64,000 nt of DNA from Gammaproteobacteria bacterium (GTDB taxonomy: Bacteria; Pseudomonadota; Gammaproteobacteria; Magnimaribacterales; D2472): contig JBJLIB010000011.1 of the NCBI GenBank assembly GCA_045564015.1, positions 689-64,688 on the forward strand. Reading direction: 5' to 3'. Under the pieces are notes generated by a model. That model was not told where the DNA came from. It was given only the letters and a program-made list of their open reading frames with translations, and did not search any database. This document shows positions 1 to 8,537 of the stretch, piece after piece (the first letter of the stretch is position 1; each line of letters begins with the position of its first letter). A program made the position numbers and the translations under genes.

Positions 1-62
1 TGGGAATAAGTATCTAGGGGCACCAAAAGAAGTGCAATAAAAAAAAATTTCATTCAAAAAAG

Positions 63-536
63 TTACTTAATTTCAACTCTTCTATTTTTAGCCCATGCAG
101 AATTATTAGAACCAAGAGATAGAGGTCTCTCCTCTCCGTAACTTTTTGTAATTAATCTATTTCTATTAATGCCATTTGCAATTAAATAATTTGCAACTGA
201 CTCAGCTCGTCTTTGACCTAAGGCTAAGTTATATTCCCTAGTCCCTCTTTCATCAGCATGCCCTTCAATTGAAATGGTAATTTTTGAATTTCTCTTCATT
301 AGATCGCTTACACCTTTCAAAGCTTGTATTGATTTAGCAGTAAGATTGAATTGATCATATTCAAAATAAACAACTGCATTTGCAAGCACTGCCTGAGTGG
401 CAGTAGATTTTGATGTAATGGATACCCCAGCAACACTTTGATCTGCTACTGCTTCCTCTGTTATTTGGACAGAACTACAAGCGGAAAAGATTAATATCGT
501 TATTAAAGCGAAAAAAGAATTAATTGATTTGTTCAT
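63..536 (-). CDS. pal: Peptidoglycan-associated lipoprotein Pal
   Basis: Signal peptide with lipobox (LIFSAC). OmpA-like C-terminal domain (ISIEGHADERGTREYNLALGQRRA, NRRVEIK). Directly downstream of tolB. Confidence 0.9.
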   Translation of the reverse strand: MNKSINSFFALITILIFSACSSVQITEEAVADQSVAGVSITSKSTATQAVLANAVVYFEYDQFNLTAKSIQALKGVSDLMKRNSKITISIEGHADERGTREYNLALGQRRAESVANYLIANGINRNRLITKSYGEERPLSLGSNNSAWAKNRRVEIK

Positions 537-557
537 AATAATTGTTCCATTTTGATG

Positions 558-1844
558 TTATCTTAAAAAATTTGACCAAGCAGGTTCTCTAACTTCACCG
601 TCTGAGGCTGGCAGCTTAAACTTTGCACCGCTAAGACTAAATCCAGCAAGCATACTTAGATCATTTTCTTTAATACCATAGATTACCATATTACCATTAG
701 GAGCAACACTGGGTGATTCATCCATCTTCGCTTCTGTTAATACTCTTATAAAATTTTCTCTCTTGTATTTAAGGGCGATATGAAATAACCCATCGTTGGA
801 TCGATGAACAAAGATAACCCCCTCTTCATTTGGAAGATATGAAGCTTTTGCATTATATGTCCCCTCAAATGAAATACGTTTGGCTTTTGGGTTTAACTTT
901 CTAAGATCTAATTCATAAATTTGAGGTGAGCCTGACCGACCGCTCGTAAAAAGAATTTTATTTCCCTTAGGAGACCAAGAAGACTCTGTGTCAATTGCAA
1001 ATTGATTAGTCATCCTGGTTAAAGTTCGATCTCGTAACCTTAAAATATAAATTTCTGCATTTCCATCTTGATAAAGAGTTAAAGAAAGATACTTTCCATC
1101 GGGAGACCATGAAGGAGAACTTATCTGAGTATCTTGTGATAAGACTGCCTCTCTTTTGCCAGATGCAATTTCTTGAATAAAAACTTTTGCAATGCCTGTT
1201 TCAAATGACACATATGCCACCCTCTTTCCATCAGGTGACCAAGATGGAGAGATAATAGGCTCGGAGCTTGATAAGAGAACTTTTTCATTAGCGCCATCAG
1301 AATCAGCCAACATAAGTTTGTAGATAGAGATGAAGCGAGAGTCTTTTACTTCATTTACATACAAAAGCCTAGTTGCAGCAATGCCTTTAATTCCAGTGAT
1401 TGATTCATAGATTCCATCACTAGTGTAGTGAGCAAGCTGTCTGATTTGGTTCGGGATTCCAAAAACTTTTGAACTTCTAACTTTTCTTTTTTTATGAATA
1501 TCAAAGATTTCATAACTAATATCTAGAGAGTTATTAGCATTAGCAATTGTTCCTGTAACCAAATAATCTATTCCGAGTAATTTCCAATCGCTAAATACCA
1601 ATTCATCATTAATAATCTTTACAGGCAATAATAATTCTTCATCAAGAATTGAAAATTCTCCTGTACGAATTAAGTCATTTCGCATTATGTCATTTAGTTG
1701 CTTTGAAACCCTTGAGTTACCTTCAAATGGAATCATTGCAACTCTATACGGATCTTCAGAACCCTTAGTAATTTCTAAAAAAAGCTCTCCATAGGTAAAA
1801 ATTGGAAACAACAATAAGACAACTAAAAAAAGATTTTTTTTCAT
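558..1844 (-). CDS. tolB: Tol-Pal system beta-propeller protein TolB
   Basis: Repeated SPSWSPDGK / SSWSPKGNK propeller blades, an N-terminal signal peptide, and an ATGA overlap with tolA. Confidence 0.92.
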   Translation of the reverse strand: MKKNLFLVVLLLFPIFTYGELFLEITKGSEDPYRVAMIPFEGNSRVSKQLNDIMRNDLIRTGEFSILDEELLLPVKIINDELVFSDWKLLGIDYLVTGTIANANNSLDISYEIFDIHKKRKVRSSKVFGIPNQIRQLAHYTSDGIYESITGIKGIAATRLLYVNEVKDSRFISIYKLMLADSDGANEKVLLSSSEPIISPSWSPDGKRVAYVSFETGIAKVFIQEIASGKREAVLSQDTQISSPSWSPDGKYLSLTLYQDGNAEIYILRLRDRTLTRMTNQFAIDTESSWSPKGNKILFTSGRSGSPQIYELDLRKLNPKAKRISFEGTYNAKASYLPNEEGVIFVHRSNDGLFHIALKYKRENFIRVLTEAKMDESPSVAPNGNMVIYGIKENDLSMLAGFSLSGAKFKLPASDGEVREPAWSNFLR

Positions 1845-2476
1845 GATGGGTTAAAACTTATGGCAATTATTTTGAACTCCTTGTCATATAAGGTTTTAGG
1901 CATTGAATCAAAAAAATTAAATGTCTCTACTCTTCTTACCGCCTGAAGGGCTGAGTTATCAAATCGAATATTGCCGCTGCTTTTAAGAAGTTCTGCACTT
2001 GCAATCCTTCCTGAAGAGCGAATTTTAAGCCTTAGATTCGCAACTAAACCTTCAGGTATATTTCTCGGCTTCATCCAAGCATTCTCTATTGTAGAAATAA
2101 TTTTTTGAGCATACATTGAAATTTCTTGCTGCTCACTGTTTTTTTCAATCTCGCTCTCCTCCGATAAAAGGTTAGCTATAGTTGATTCAATTAGCTCATT
2201 ATTTTGTGAGGTTTTGATTTCATCTTCAGCTTTTGAGTAGACAATATCCTCAGAAACTGGCTTGCTAGGTGTTGTATTAATATTTGCTAAAATTGGAATT
2301 TGTTTGTTTAAATCCTCGGATGGTAATTCAAACTTCAACTCTACTTGAAGAGGTTTTGATATCAAAAGTGTCTTAGAGGTATTTGCATCAAAGGTACCAT
2401 ATATATACATAAAGATAGCGGCATGAATGCAAAAAGAAAATAGCGATGCTTGCAAATATCGGTAATTAGCTATCAT
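1841..2476 (-). CDS. tolA: Short TolA-like cell envelope integrity protein
   Basis: Lies between tolR and tolB. Has an N-terminal TM helix, an acidic/helical linker and a TolA domain III-like C-terminus. Only 211 aa. Confidence 0.6.
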   Translation of the reverse strand: MIANYRYLQASLFSFCIHAAIFMYIYGTFDANTSKTLLISKPLQVELKFELPSEDLNKQIPILANINTTPSKPVSEDIVYSKAEDEIKTSQNNELIESTIANLLSEESEIEKNSEQQEISMYAQKIISTIENAWMKPRNIPEGLVANLRLKIRSSGRIASAELLKSSGNIRFDNSALQAVRRVETFNFFDSMPKTLYDKEFKIIAISFNPS

Positions 2477-2888
2477 ATCCAGATGTAATTATTCCTACTT
2501 TTTGAATTCCTAGACTTTGTATACTTGCCATCCCCTTGGCCACATAATCAAAAGGAACTTTTGCATCACTTTTAAAAACGATTTCAATATCTGGATTTGC
2601 TTGATAAATAATCTTAGCCTTATTTTTTAATTCCACTAAAGAGATAGGTAATTGCTCTTCGCCTAGGTTAATAAAATACTTTCCCTCTCCATTTATCGAG
2701 ATTACAAGTGGCTCACTTGAAACTGACATTTTGGTTGTATCAGTCTTAGGAAGATTTACCTCTATGCCTTGAATAAGCAGGGGAGAAAGAACCATGAAAA
2801 TAATTAAAAGCACTAACATCACATCAATATATGGCACAACGTTAATGTCAGCGTTTAATTTTTTTCTTTTACCTATTCTATATATCAA
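2466..2888 (-). CDS. tolR: Tol-Pal system protein TolR (ExbD/TolR family)
   Basis: The motif INVVPYIDVMLVLLIIFM is typical of TolR/ExbD. TTG start overlaps the tolQ stop (TTGA). Confidence 0.85.
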   Translation of the reverse strand: MIYRIGKRKKLNADINVVPYIDVMLVLLIIFMVLSPLLIQGIEVNLPKTDTTKMSVSSEPLVISINGEGKYFINLGEEQLPISLVELKNKAKIIYQANPDIEIVFKSDAKVPFDYVAKGMASIQSLGIQKVGIITSGYDS

Positions 2889-3565
2889 AGCTTTGCTTTA
2901 ACCGTTTGTCTATACAGGATGCTAGCTAGCTCCTCACCAAATACAGAAGATTGTTGTAACTGGGTGTCTGAATCTGATGCGAATCTGTTATATGCAACGA
3001 CTGCAGGAATTGCAGCAAAAAGTCCCAAAGCTGTTGCAACCAGTGCTTCTGAGATTCCAGGAGCAACAGCATTAATTGTTGCCTGAGTTGCATCTGAGAG
3101 GCCTTGAAAGGAATTAATAATTCCCCACACTGTTCCAAATAGGCCGACGTATGGGCTGACCGATCCAACGTTAGCTAGAAAAGGAAGGTGATGCATTAAA
3201 GATTCCTCCTCTCTAGCCAAGGATACTCTTATAGCCCTATTAACACTCTCAAGATCTTCAATTGTAATTTGCTGGCCCTCACTCAGTCTTAGAAACTCAC
3301 CAAATCCATGCTTGAAAACTCTCAGAGAGCCAACTAACTCATCGTTAGAGACTTCATCAATACCTTGATGTAATTCATTAAGATCCTTACCAGACCAAAA
3401 TTCTTTTTCAAATGCTTTGTTAGCTTCTTTGATTCGATTTAAATTAAAGTATCTTTCAAAGATAACTATCCATGAAATAATTGAAACGACTAACAATAAA
3501 ATCATTACCAATTGAACAATCAGACTAGCTTGGAGAAATAAGTCTATAACTGAAAAATCATCCAT
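2885..3565 (-). CDS. tolQ: Tol-Pal system protein TolQ (MotA/TolQ/ExbB channel)
   Basis: MDDFSVIDLFLQASLIVQL... and SPYVGLFGTVWGII match TolQ. I trimmed the ORF-track TTG start (3577) to the ATG at 3565, 1 nt after the ybgC stop. Confidence 0.9.
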   Translation of the reverse strand: MDDFSVIDLFLQASLIVQLVMILLLVVSIISWIVIFERYFNLNRIKEANKAFEKEFWSGKDLNELHQGIDEVSNDELVGSLRVFKHGFGEFLRLSEGQQITIEDLESVNRAIRVSLAREEESLMHHLPFLANVGSVSPYVGLFGTVWGIINSFQGLSDATQATINAVAPGISEALVATALGLFAAIPAVVAYNRFASDSDTQLQQSSVFGEELASILYRQTVKAKL

Positions 3566-3566
3566 A

Positions 3567-3983
3567 TCAACTCTCAAATAAATTTAGTAAGCCCACAGGA
3601 AAAGCTTTTGGTTTGCCTGAGTCATTATCAATGAAACAAACCTCGACCTCTCCTTTGCAAATGAGTGTATCATTTTTTATGTTTGAAACGGATTGAAAAA
3701 AAATAGTTCTGGCTTTGCTAACAAGCTCTATTTCTGTACTTACAGCTAAATCATCCTCTAATATTGCTGGATGGTAGTATGACAAATTAATTGATTTCAC
3801 AACATAAGATTCATTGCTTTTCGTCATTGCTTCTGTTTGAGATAAATGATTTTCAATCAAGAATTGAGATCGAGCTCTTTCAAGGTACTTGAGGTAATTT
3901 GCATGATAAACAACTCCCTGAAAATCGGTATCTTCAACGTAGACCCTACAATAGAAATCTTTAGACCTGAAACGAGGATTCAT
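3567..3983 (-). CDS. ybgC: Tol-Pal-associated acyl-CoA thioesterase YbgC (4HBT family)
   Basis: Hot-dog thioesterase motif VYVEDTDFQGVVYHANYLKYLERAR, located upstream of tolQ. The ATG at 3983 is preferred over the TTG at 3992. Confidence 0.85.
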   Translation of the reverse strand: MNPRFRSKDFYCRVYVEDTDFQGVVYHANYLKYLERARSQFLIENHLSQTEAMTKSNESYVVKSINLSYYHPAILEDDLAVSTEIELVSKARTIFFQSVSNIKNDTLICKGEVEVCFIDNDSGKPKAFPVGLLNLFES

Positions 3984-4383
3984 GTTGCTCAATATCTACC
4001 TGAAAAAGGTATCGAAGAATTTCTACAAAATCTTCCCACATTAAATCAATTGTCATTGATGAAAAATCTAACTCTGGAATCAAAGTCCCTGCAAGTATCC
4101 TCACTTTAATTGGTCGACGATTAAATTTATAGATTAAAGCTGGAAACTCTCCCTCTCCTGTTGCTGCCAAAACTTGATCCCACCAATCTTGTGATGGTTC
4201 GGCACCATCGCCATATCTTTTGCATTCTAAACACCATCTGCCTAATTTCAGATCAGGTAATTCTTTTGTTCGTGTTTGCTCAAGAATTCTTTTAACAGGC
4301 TGGGTTAAACCTAGCTGTTCAACAAGAAGATTGCCAATTTCCCTCTCGAAATTAGCTCCTTTAGTCCTTGAGTTAATCGCCAC
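3961..4383 (-). CDS. Hjc-like PD-(D/E)XK nuclease (putative Holliday junction resolvase)
   Basis: N-terminal TKGANFEREIGNLLVEQLG, then LPD44, E53-C-K55 and GEFPALIYKFNRRP give the E..D..ExK layout and block order of archaeal Hjc. GTG start has GAGGAG 5 nt upstream. Occupies the ruvC slot between yebC and ybgC. Confidence 0.6.
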   Translation of the reverse strand: MAINSRTKGANFEREIGNLLVEQLGLTQPVKRILEQTRTKELPDLKLGRWCLECKRYGDGAEPSQDWWDQVLAATGEGEFPALIYKFNRRPIKVRILAGTLIPELDFSSMTIDLMWEDFVEILRYLFQVDIEQHESSFQV

Positions 4384-4385
4384 GG

Positions 4386-5123
4386 TTACTCCTCTTCAGT
4401 AAAGTCCTCAGGAAACTCAGCATTTGTATGCACTTCCTGAACATCGTCAAGATCATCCATAAAAGTCATAATTTTTAAAACTTTTTCAGAAGCTTCATGA
4501 TCTAGGTTTACTAAAGTATCTGCTCTCATGGTATTTTCAGCCAGCAATGTTTCAATATTATTTTTATTGAAAGCCTCAATTACAACAGGAAGATTTGCAG
4601 GAGTAGAAACGATTTCAAAATAATCTTCAGTGACAGTAAAATCATCTGCACCAGCATCTAATGCAATTTCCATAATTTGATCTTCATTATGCGATAAATC
4701 AACGTGAACAACTCCTAGTTTATTAAACAGGTAAGCTACTGATCCATCTGTACCCATGTTTCCACCAAATTTCGAAAAAGCATGTCGTACATCTGCAACA
4801 GTTCTATTTCTATTATCTGTCATAGTCTCAACAAGAATAGCAACGCCATTCGGTCCATAACCTTCAAAAGTTAGCTCTTCAATGACGCCCATTTCTCCAG
4901 TTCCAGAACCTTTTTGAATTGCTCGCTTAATTGTATCTTTAGGCATATTGGCAGCGTTAGCTTTGTCCAAGGCTAGCCTCAGTCTTGGATTATCATTAGG
5001 ATCAGGACCCCCTTTAGCGGCAACTGTAATCTCTCTAATAACCTTAGTCCAAACCTTTCCTCGAGATGCATCTTGTCGTGCTTTACGATGCTTAATATTT
5101 GCCCATTTGGAGTGTCCAGCCAT
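4386..5123 (-). CDS. yebC: YebC/PmpR family DNA-binding transcriptional regulator
   Basis: MAGHSKWANIKHRKARQDASRGK is the hallmark N-terminus. Sits downstream of aspS as in other gammaproteobacteria. Confidence 0.92.
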   Translation of the reverse strand: MAGHSKWANIKHRKARQDASRGKVWTKVIREITVAAKGGPDPNDNPRLRLALDKANAANMPKDTIKRAIQKGSGTGEMGVIEELTFEGYGPNGVAILVETMTDNRNRTVADVRHAFSKFGGNMGTDGSVAYLFNKLGVVHVDLSHNEDQIMEIALDAGADDFTVTEDYFEIVSTPANLPVVIEAFNKNNIETLLAENTMRADTLVNLDHEASEKVLKIMTFMDDLDDVQEVHTNAEFPEDFTEEE

Positions 5124-6890
5124 CTATTGCTCCGGATCAAAAGTAGACTTAATATTTAACTCATCAAGCTGATCATCAGAAACTAAACCAGGCGCATCAG
5201 TAAGCAAACAAGATGCACTTTGAGTCTTAGGAAAGGCAATCACATCACGAATATTAGTCGTATCAGATAAAAGCATCACAATTCTATCTAAACCAAATGC
5301 TATTCCACCATGAGGAGGACATCCTGATGATAGCGCTGACAATAAGAAGCCAAATTTTTCTTTAGCTTCATCAGAAGAAATACCTAGTATAGAAAATATC
5401 TCTTTTTGCATTGATGGGTCATAAACCCTTAAAGATCCACCCCCTAGCTCATAACCATTTAAGACAAAATCATATGCACATGCCAATGAATTATCCGGAT
5501 CAGTCTTTAACTCTTCAACTGACACAGCGGGCAATGTAAATGGATGATGCAAAGATGTAAGATTGTTTTCTTTGTTTCTTTCAAACATTGGGAAATCAAT
5601 AATCCAACATGGAGCCCATGCAGATGTGGCTAAACTAAGATCTTCTCCAAGTTTCTTGATTAATGAGCTCATGGAAAGATTTACAATTTCTGACTTTCCT
5701 GCTCCAAAAAAAATAATGTCATTATTTTGCACATCCAAGGAAGAAATAATTGAGTCGATGGTTTCTTTTTGAAAAAATTTAAGAATTGGTGATTGAAGAC
5801 CATTTTCTTGATCAAGATCTACAACTTTTATGTAAGCAAGTCCTTTAGCGCCTAACTTACCAACATAATCAGTATACTCATCAATTTTTTTTCTGGTCAT
5901 TGATGCAGCTTCAGGAACCCTCAAAGCTACTACTCTGGATGCATGATCATTTGCAGGCCCAGAGAATACTTTAAATTCTTCATTTTTTACTAGCTCAGAA
6001 ATATCATTCAGTTCTAACGGAATTCTTAAATCAGGTTTATCACATCCATATTTTTCAATAGATTCTTTATATGTAATTCTTGGCACCTCTTTTTTTTGAT
6101 AGTCGGTAAATTCAGTAAGCAATTCAGTAATCAAATCTTCACCAAGTTCAATAATTTCGTCAGTAGAAACAAATGAGGCTTCGATATCGACCTGAGTGAA
6201 TTCAGGCTGCCTGTCAGCGCGCAAATCCTCGTCCCTAAAACATTTAGCTATTTGATAGTATTTATCTAACCCACCAATCATTAGCAACTGTTTAAATAGC
6301 TGAGGAGATTGAGGTAATGCAAAAAACTCACCAGGATGGACTCTACTCGGTACCAAATAATCTCTTGCTCCCTCAGGGGTGGCCCTAGTTAGAATGGGTG
6401 TCTCAATTTCGTGGAAATTGCGATTTTCTAATATCGATCTTATTTTTGAAGTTATTTTAGATCTCTTAACTAACCTATGGTTAACGTCCGGACGCCTTAA
6501 ATCTAAAAATCTATGTTTGAGCCTTACATCCTCATTAACATCTTGATAATCATCAAGAGGAAACTGGGGCGTAGCAGCTGAGCTAAAAATATTTAAGCTC
6601 GTTGCCTCAATCTCTATCTCTCCGGTGGTCATTTTTGGATTGACAGCACCCTCAATTCTCTTTCGGACTAGTCCTTTAATATTGACAACATATTCACTTC
6701 GGCATGAATCTGCAATATCAAAAATTTCTTTTAAATCTGGATTAAAAACAACTTGAACTATTCCATGTAAATCACGAATATCTAAAAAAATTACGCCACC
6801 ATGATCTCTTCGTTTATGCACCCATCCAGAAATCTCAATATTACTACCTATGTTTGAACTATTAATATCACCGCAATAATGTGAACGCAT
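5124..6890 (-). CDS. aspS: Aspartate--tRNA ligase (bacterial type)
   Basis: Class IIb motifs [35 protein letters not shown] and [14 protein letters not shown]. 588 aa. Confidence 0.97.
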   Translation of the reverse strand: MRSHYCGDINSSNIGSNIEISGWVHKRRDHGGVIFLDIRDLHGIVQVVFNPDLKEIFDIADSCRSEYVVNIKGLVRKRIEGAVNPKMTTGEIEIEATSLNIFSSAATPQFPLDDYQDVNEDVRLKHRFLDLRRPDVNHRLVKRSKITSKIRSILENRNFHEIETPILTRATPEGARDYLVPSRVHPGEFFALPQSPQLFKQLLMIGGLDKYYQIAKCFRDEDLRADRQPEFTQVDIEASFVSTDEIIELGEDLITELLTEFTDYQKKEVPRITYKESIEKYGCDKPDLRIPLELNDISELVKNEEFKVFSGPANDHASRVVALRVPEAASMTRKKIDEYTDYVGKLGAKGLAYIKVVDLDQENGLQSPILKFFQKETIDSIISSLDVQNNDIIFFGAGKSEIVNLSMSSLIKKLGEDLSLATSAWAPCWIIDFPMFERNKENNLTSLHHPFTLPAVSVEELKTDPDNSLACAYDFVLNGYELGGGSLRVYDPSMQKEIFSILGISSDEAKEKFGFLLSALSSGCPPHGGIAFGLDRIVMLLSDTTNIRDVIAFPKTQSASCLLTDAPGLVSDDQLDELNIKSTFDPEQ

Positions 6891-6904
6891 TTTATCTCTC
6901 TTGT

Positions 6905-7201
6905 TTAAGTTTTTTTATCTGAACTTTTGCTTTTAGATTTATCAGTAGTTTTAGTTTTTTCTTTAGGCTGTTTTGATTTTTCATCCTTATCCTTATTGTC
7001 TACTATATTCTTTTTAGAGCCAGTTTTAAAATCAGTTTCATACCAACCTCCGCCCTTCAACCTAAAAGAAGGCGCAGAAACTAATTTTGATACTGCTTTT
7101 TTATTGCATTCAGGACAAATTTCTACTGGATTATCTGAAAATCTCTGAATAACTTCAAATTGATGCTCACATTTTGAGCATTTATATTCATAAATCGGCA
7201 T
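6905..7201 (-). CDS. FmdB-family zinc-ribbon protein with Lys/Ser/Asp-rich tail
   Basis: [17 protein letters not shown]...CPECN gives a CxxC...CxxC zinc ribbon typical of the FmdB/CxxC_CxxC_SSSS family. Confidence 0.8.
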   Translation of the reverse strand: MPIYEYKCSKCEHQFEVIQRFSDNPVEICPECNKKAVSKLVSAPSFRLKGGGWYETDFKTGSKKNIVDNKDKDEKSKQPKEKTKTTDKSKSKSSDKKT

Positions 7202-7256
7202 AAGTCTCTAAAAAAAATATAGAATTATAAACTAAATGGAAATTCAAATATAAAAA

Positions 7257-8537
7257 ATGTTTTGGTCTAAGATTTTTTTGCCCACTCTAAAAGACTCACC
7301 GCAAGATGCCGAGATTATAAGTCATAAATTAATGCTGAGATCTGGAATGATACGTAGAGTTACATCCGGAATATATACTTGGCTTCCTCTTGGTTTAAGA
7401 GTGCTAAGGAAGGTTGAGAATATTGTTAGAGAAGAAATGAATGCCTCAGGAGCGCAAGAAGTTCTTATGCCGATGGTTCAACCAAGAGAGCTATGGGAAG
7501 AAACTAATAGATGGAAAAAAATGGGACCAGAACTGCTTCGAATTCAAGATAGACATGAAAGAGATTTCTGCCTTGGTCCTACTCATGAAGAGGTGATTAC
7601 AGACTTAATAAGAAATAATATTAAAAGTTATAAAGAATTACCCCTGAACCTTTATCAAATTCAAACTAAATTTAGAGATGAGGTCAGACCAAGATATGGA
7701 GTCATGCGTGGAAGAGAGTTTCTCATGAAAGATTCATATAGCTTCAATCTGAATGAAGAGTCATTGGCCGAATCATATCTTTTAATGAAAAATACATATA
7801 AAAAAATTATAGATAGATTAGGGCTTAAATTTAAAATTGTTAAAGCAGATTCAGGGGCAATTGGTGGAGATGTATCAGAAGAATTTCATATTTTGGCCGA
7901 GAATGGTGAAGATACCATTGCAGTAAGTGACTCCTCTGATTTTGCTATCAATACTGAACTTTTGCTAAAAGAGGGGGAAGATTTAAATTCTCTTCAAGGC
8001 AAGCCATCCCCAGATGGAGAAGGCGTAATTGAAATTAAAAAAGGGATTGAAATTGGTCATATTTTTCAACTTGGAAGAGTCTATGCGGATGCTATGAATG
8101 CAAATGTTTTAGATCAAGAAGGTAAGGCAAGGAGCCTTTTTATGGGTTGCTATGGAATTGGGGTGTCGAGACTTGTTGCTGCGGCTATTGAGCAAAATAA
8201 TGATGACAAAGGAATCATTTGGCCAGATTCCATCGCTCCATATGAAGTGAATATAGTAGCTATAGGTTTTGATAAGAATGAAGAGATAGCAAAAGCTGCT
8301 ATAGATTTATACAACCAATTATTATCTATGGGTTATGAAGCAATGCTAGATGATCGCAAAGATGGTTATGGGACCAAAATGAAAGATGCTGAGCTAATTG
8401 GAGTGCCAATCAATGTAATTATTGGCAAACAATACCTTCAAAATAATGAAATAGAGCTTAAACACAGAGATGGTCAAAGCTCTACTGGAAAAGTTGAAGA
8501 TATTTTAACAATCTTTGAGCACTACAAAAGTAGTTAA
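7257..8537 (+). CDS. proS: Proline--tRNA ligase, bacterial type lacking the INS editing domain
   Basis: RPRYGVMRGREFLMKDSYSF, GIEIGHIFQLG and MGCYGIGVSRLVAAAIEQ are present. 426 aa, with a direct junction NTELLLKEGEDLNSLQGKPSPDGEG where E. coli carries about 150 aa of INS. Confidence 0.93.
   Translation: MFWSKIFLPTLKDSPQDAEIISHKLMLRSGMIRRVTSGIYTWLPLGLRVLRKVENIVREEMNASGAQEVLMPMVQPRELWEETNRWKKMGPELLRIQDRHERDFCLGPTHEEVITDLIRNNIKSYKELPLNLYQIQTKFRDEVRPRYGVMRGREFLMKDSYSFNLNEESLAESYLLMKNTYKKIIDRLGLKFKIVKADSGAIGGDVSEEFHILAENGEDTIAVSDSSDFAINTELLLKEGEDLNSLQGKPSPDGEGVIEIKKGIEIGHIFQLGRVYADAMNANVLDQEGKARSLFMGCYGIGVSRLVAAAIEQNNDDKGIIWPDSIAPYEVNIVAIGFDKNEEIAKAAIDLYNQLLSMGYEAMLDDRKDGYGTKMKDAELIGVPINVIIGKQYLQNNEIELKHRDGQSSTGKVEDILTIFEHYKSS

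Noticed and set aside
1-40. GGGGCACCA at positions 17-25 looks like a tRNA acceptor 3' end with CCA. E. coli also has tRNA genes downstream of pal-cpoB.
   Set aside because: The preceding bases cannot form a T-arm: there is no TTCRANY-type loop and the stem halves do not pair. The reverse complement does not give a credible acceptor/D-arm either. Too little sequence lies at the window edge to call anything.
2926-3168. Same-strand alternative-frame ORFs inside tolQ (2926-3168), petB (44213-44413), zapE (46871-47092) and mlaC (52095-52319).
   Set aside because: They have no recognisable protein features and no ribosome-binding sites, and each is fully nested in a conserved gene. An 80-aa open frame is somewhat unusual in AT-rich DNA, but that alone is insufficient evidence for an overlapping gene.
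3566-3577. Longer N-terminal extensions in the ORF track: TTG-initiated extensions for tolQ, ybgC, the DUF368 protein, ftsB, ftsQ, rpsI and the MetF-like gene, and upstream in-frame starts for pcm and the thiolase.
   Set aside because: In each case a downstream ATG removes or reduces an overlap with the upstream gene, forms an ATGA coupling junction, or is preceded by a better SD. It also matches the conserved N-terminus of the family. The pcm extension (13355) starts with ATG and I did not check the thiolase start codon at 9749; for pcm only the overlap and alignment arguments apply, so it remains a possible alternative.
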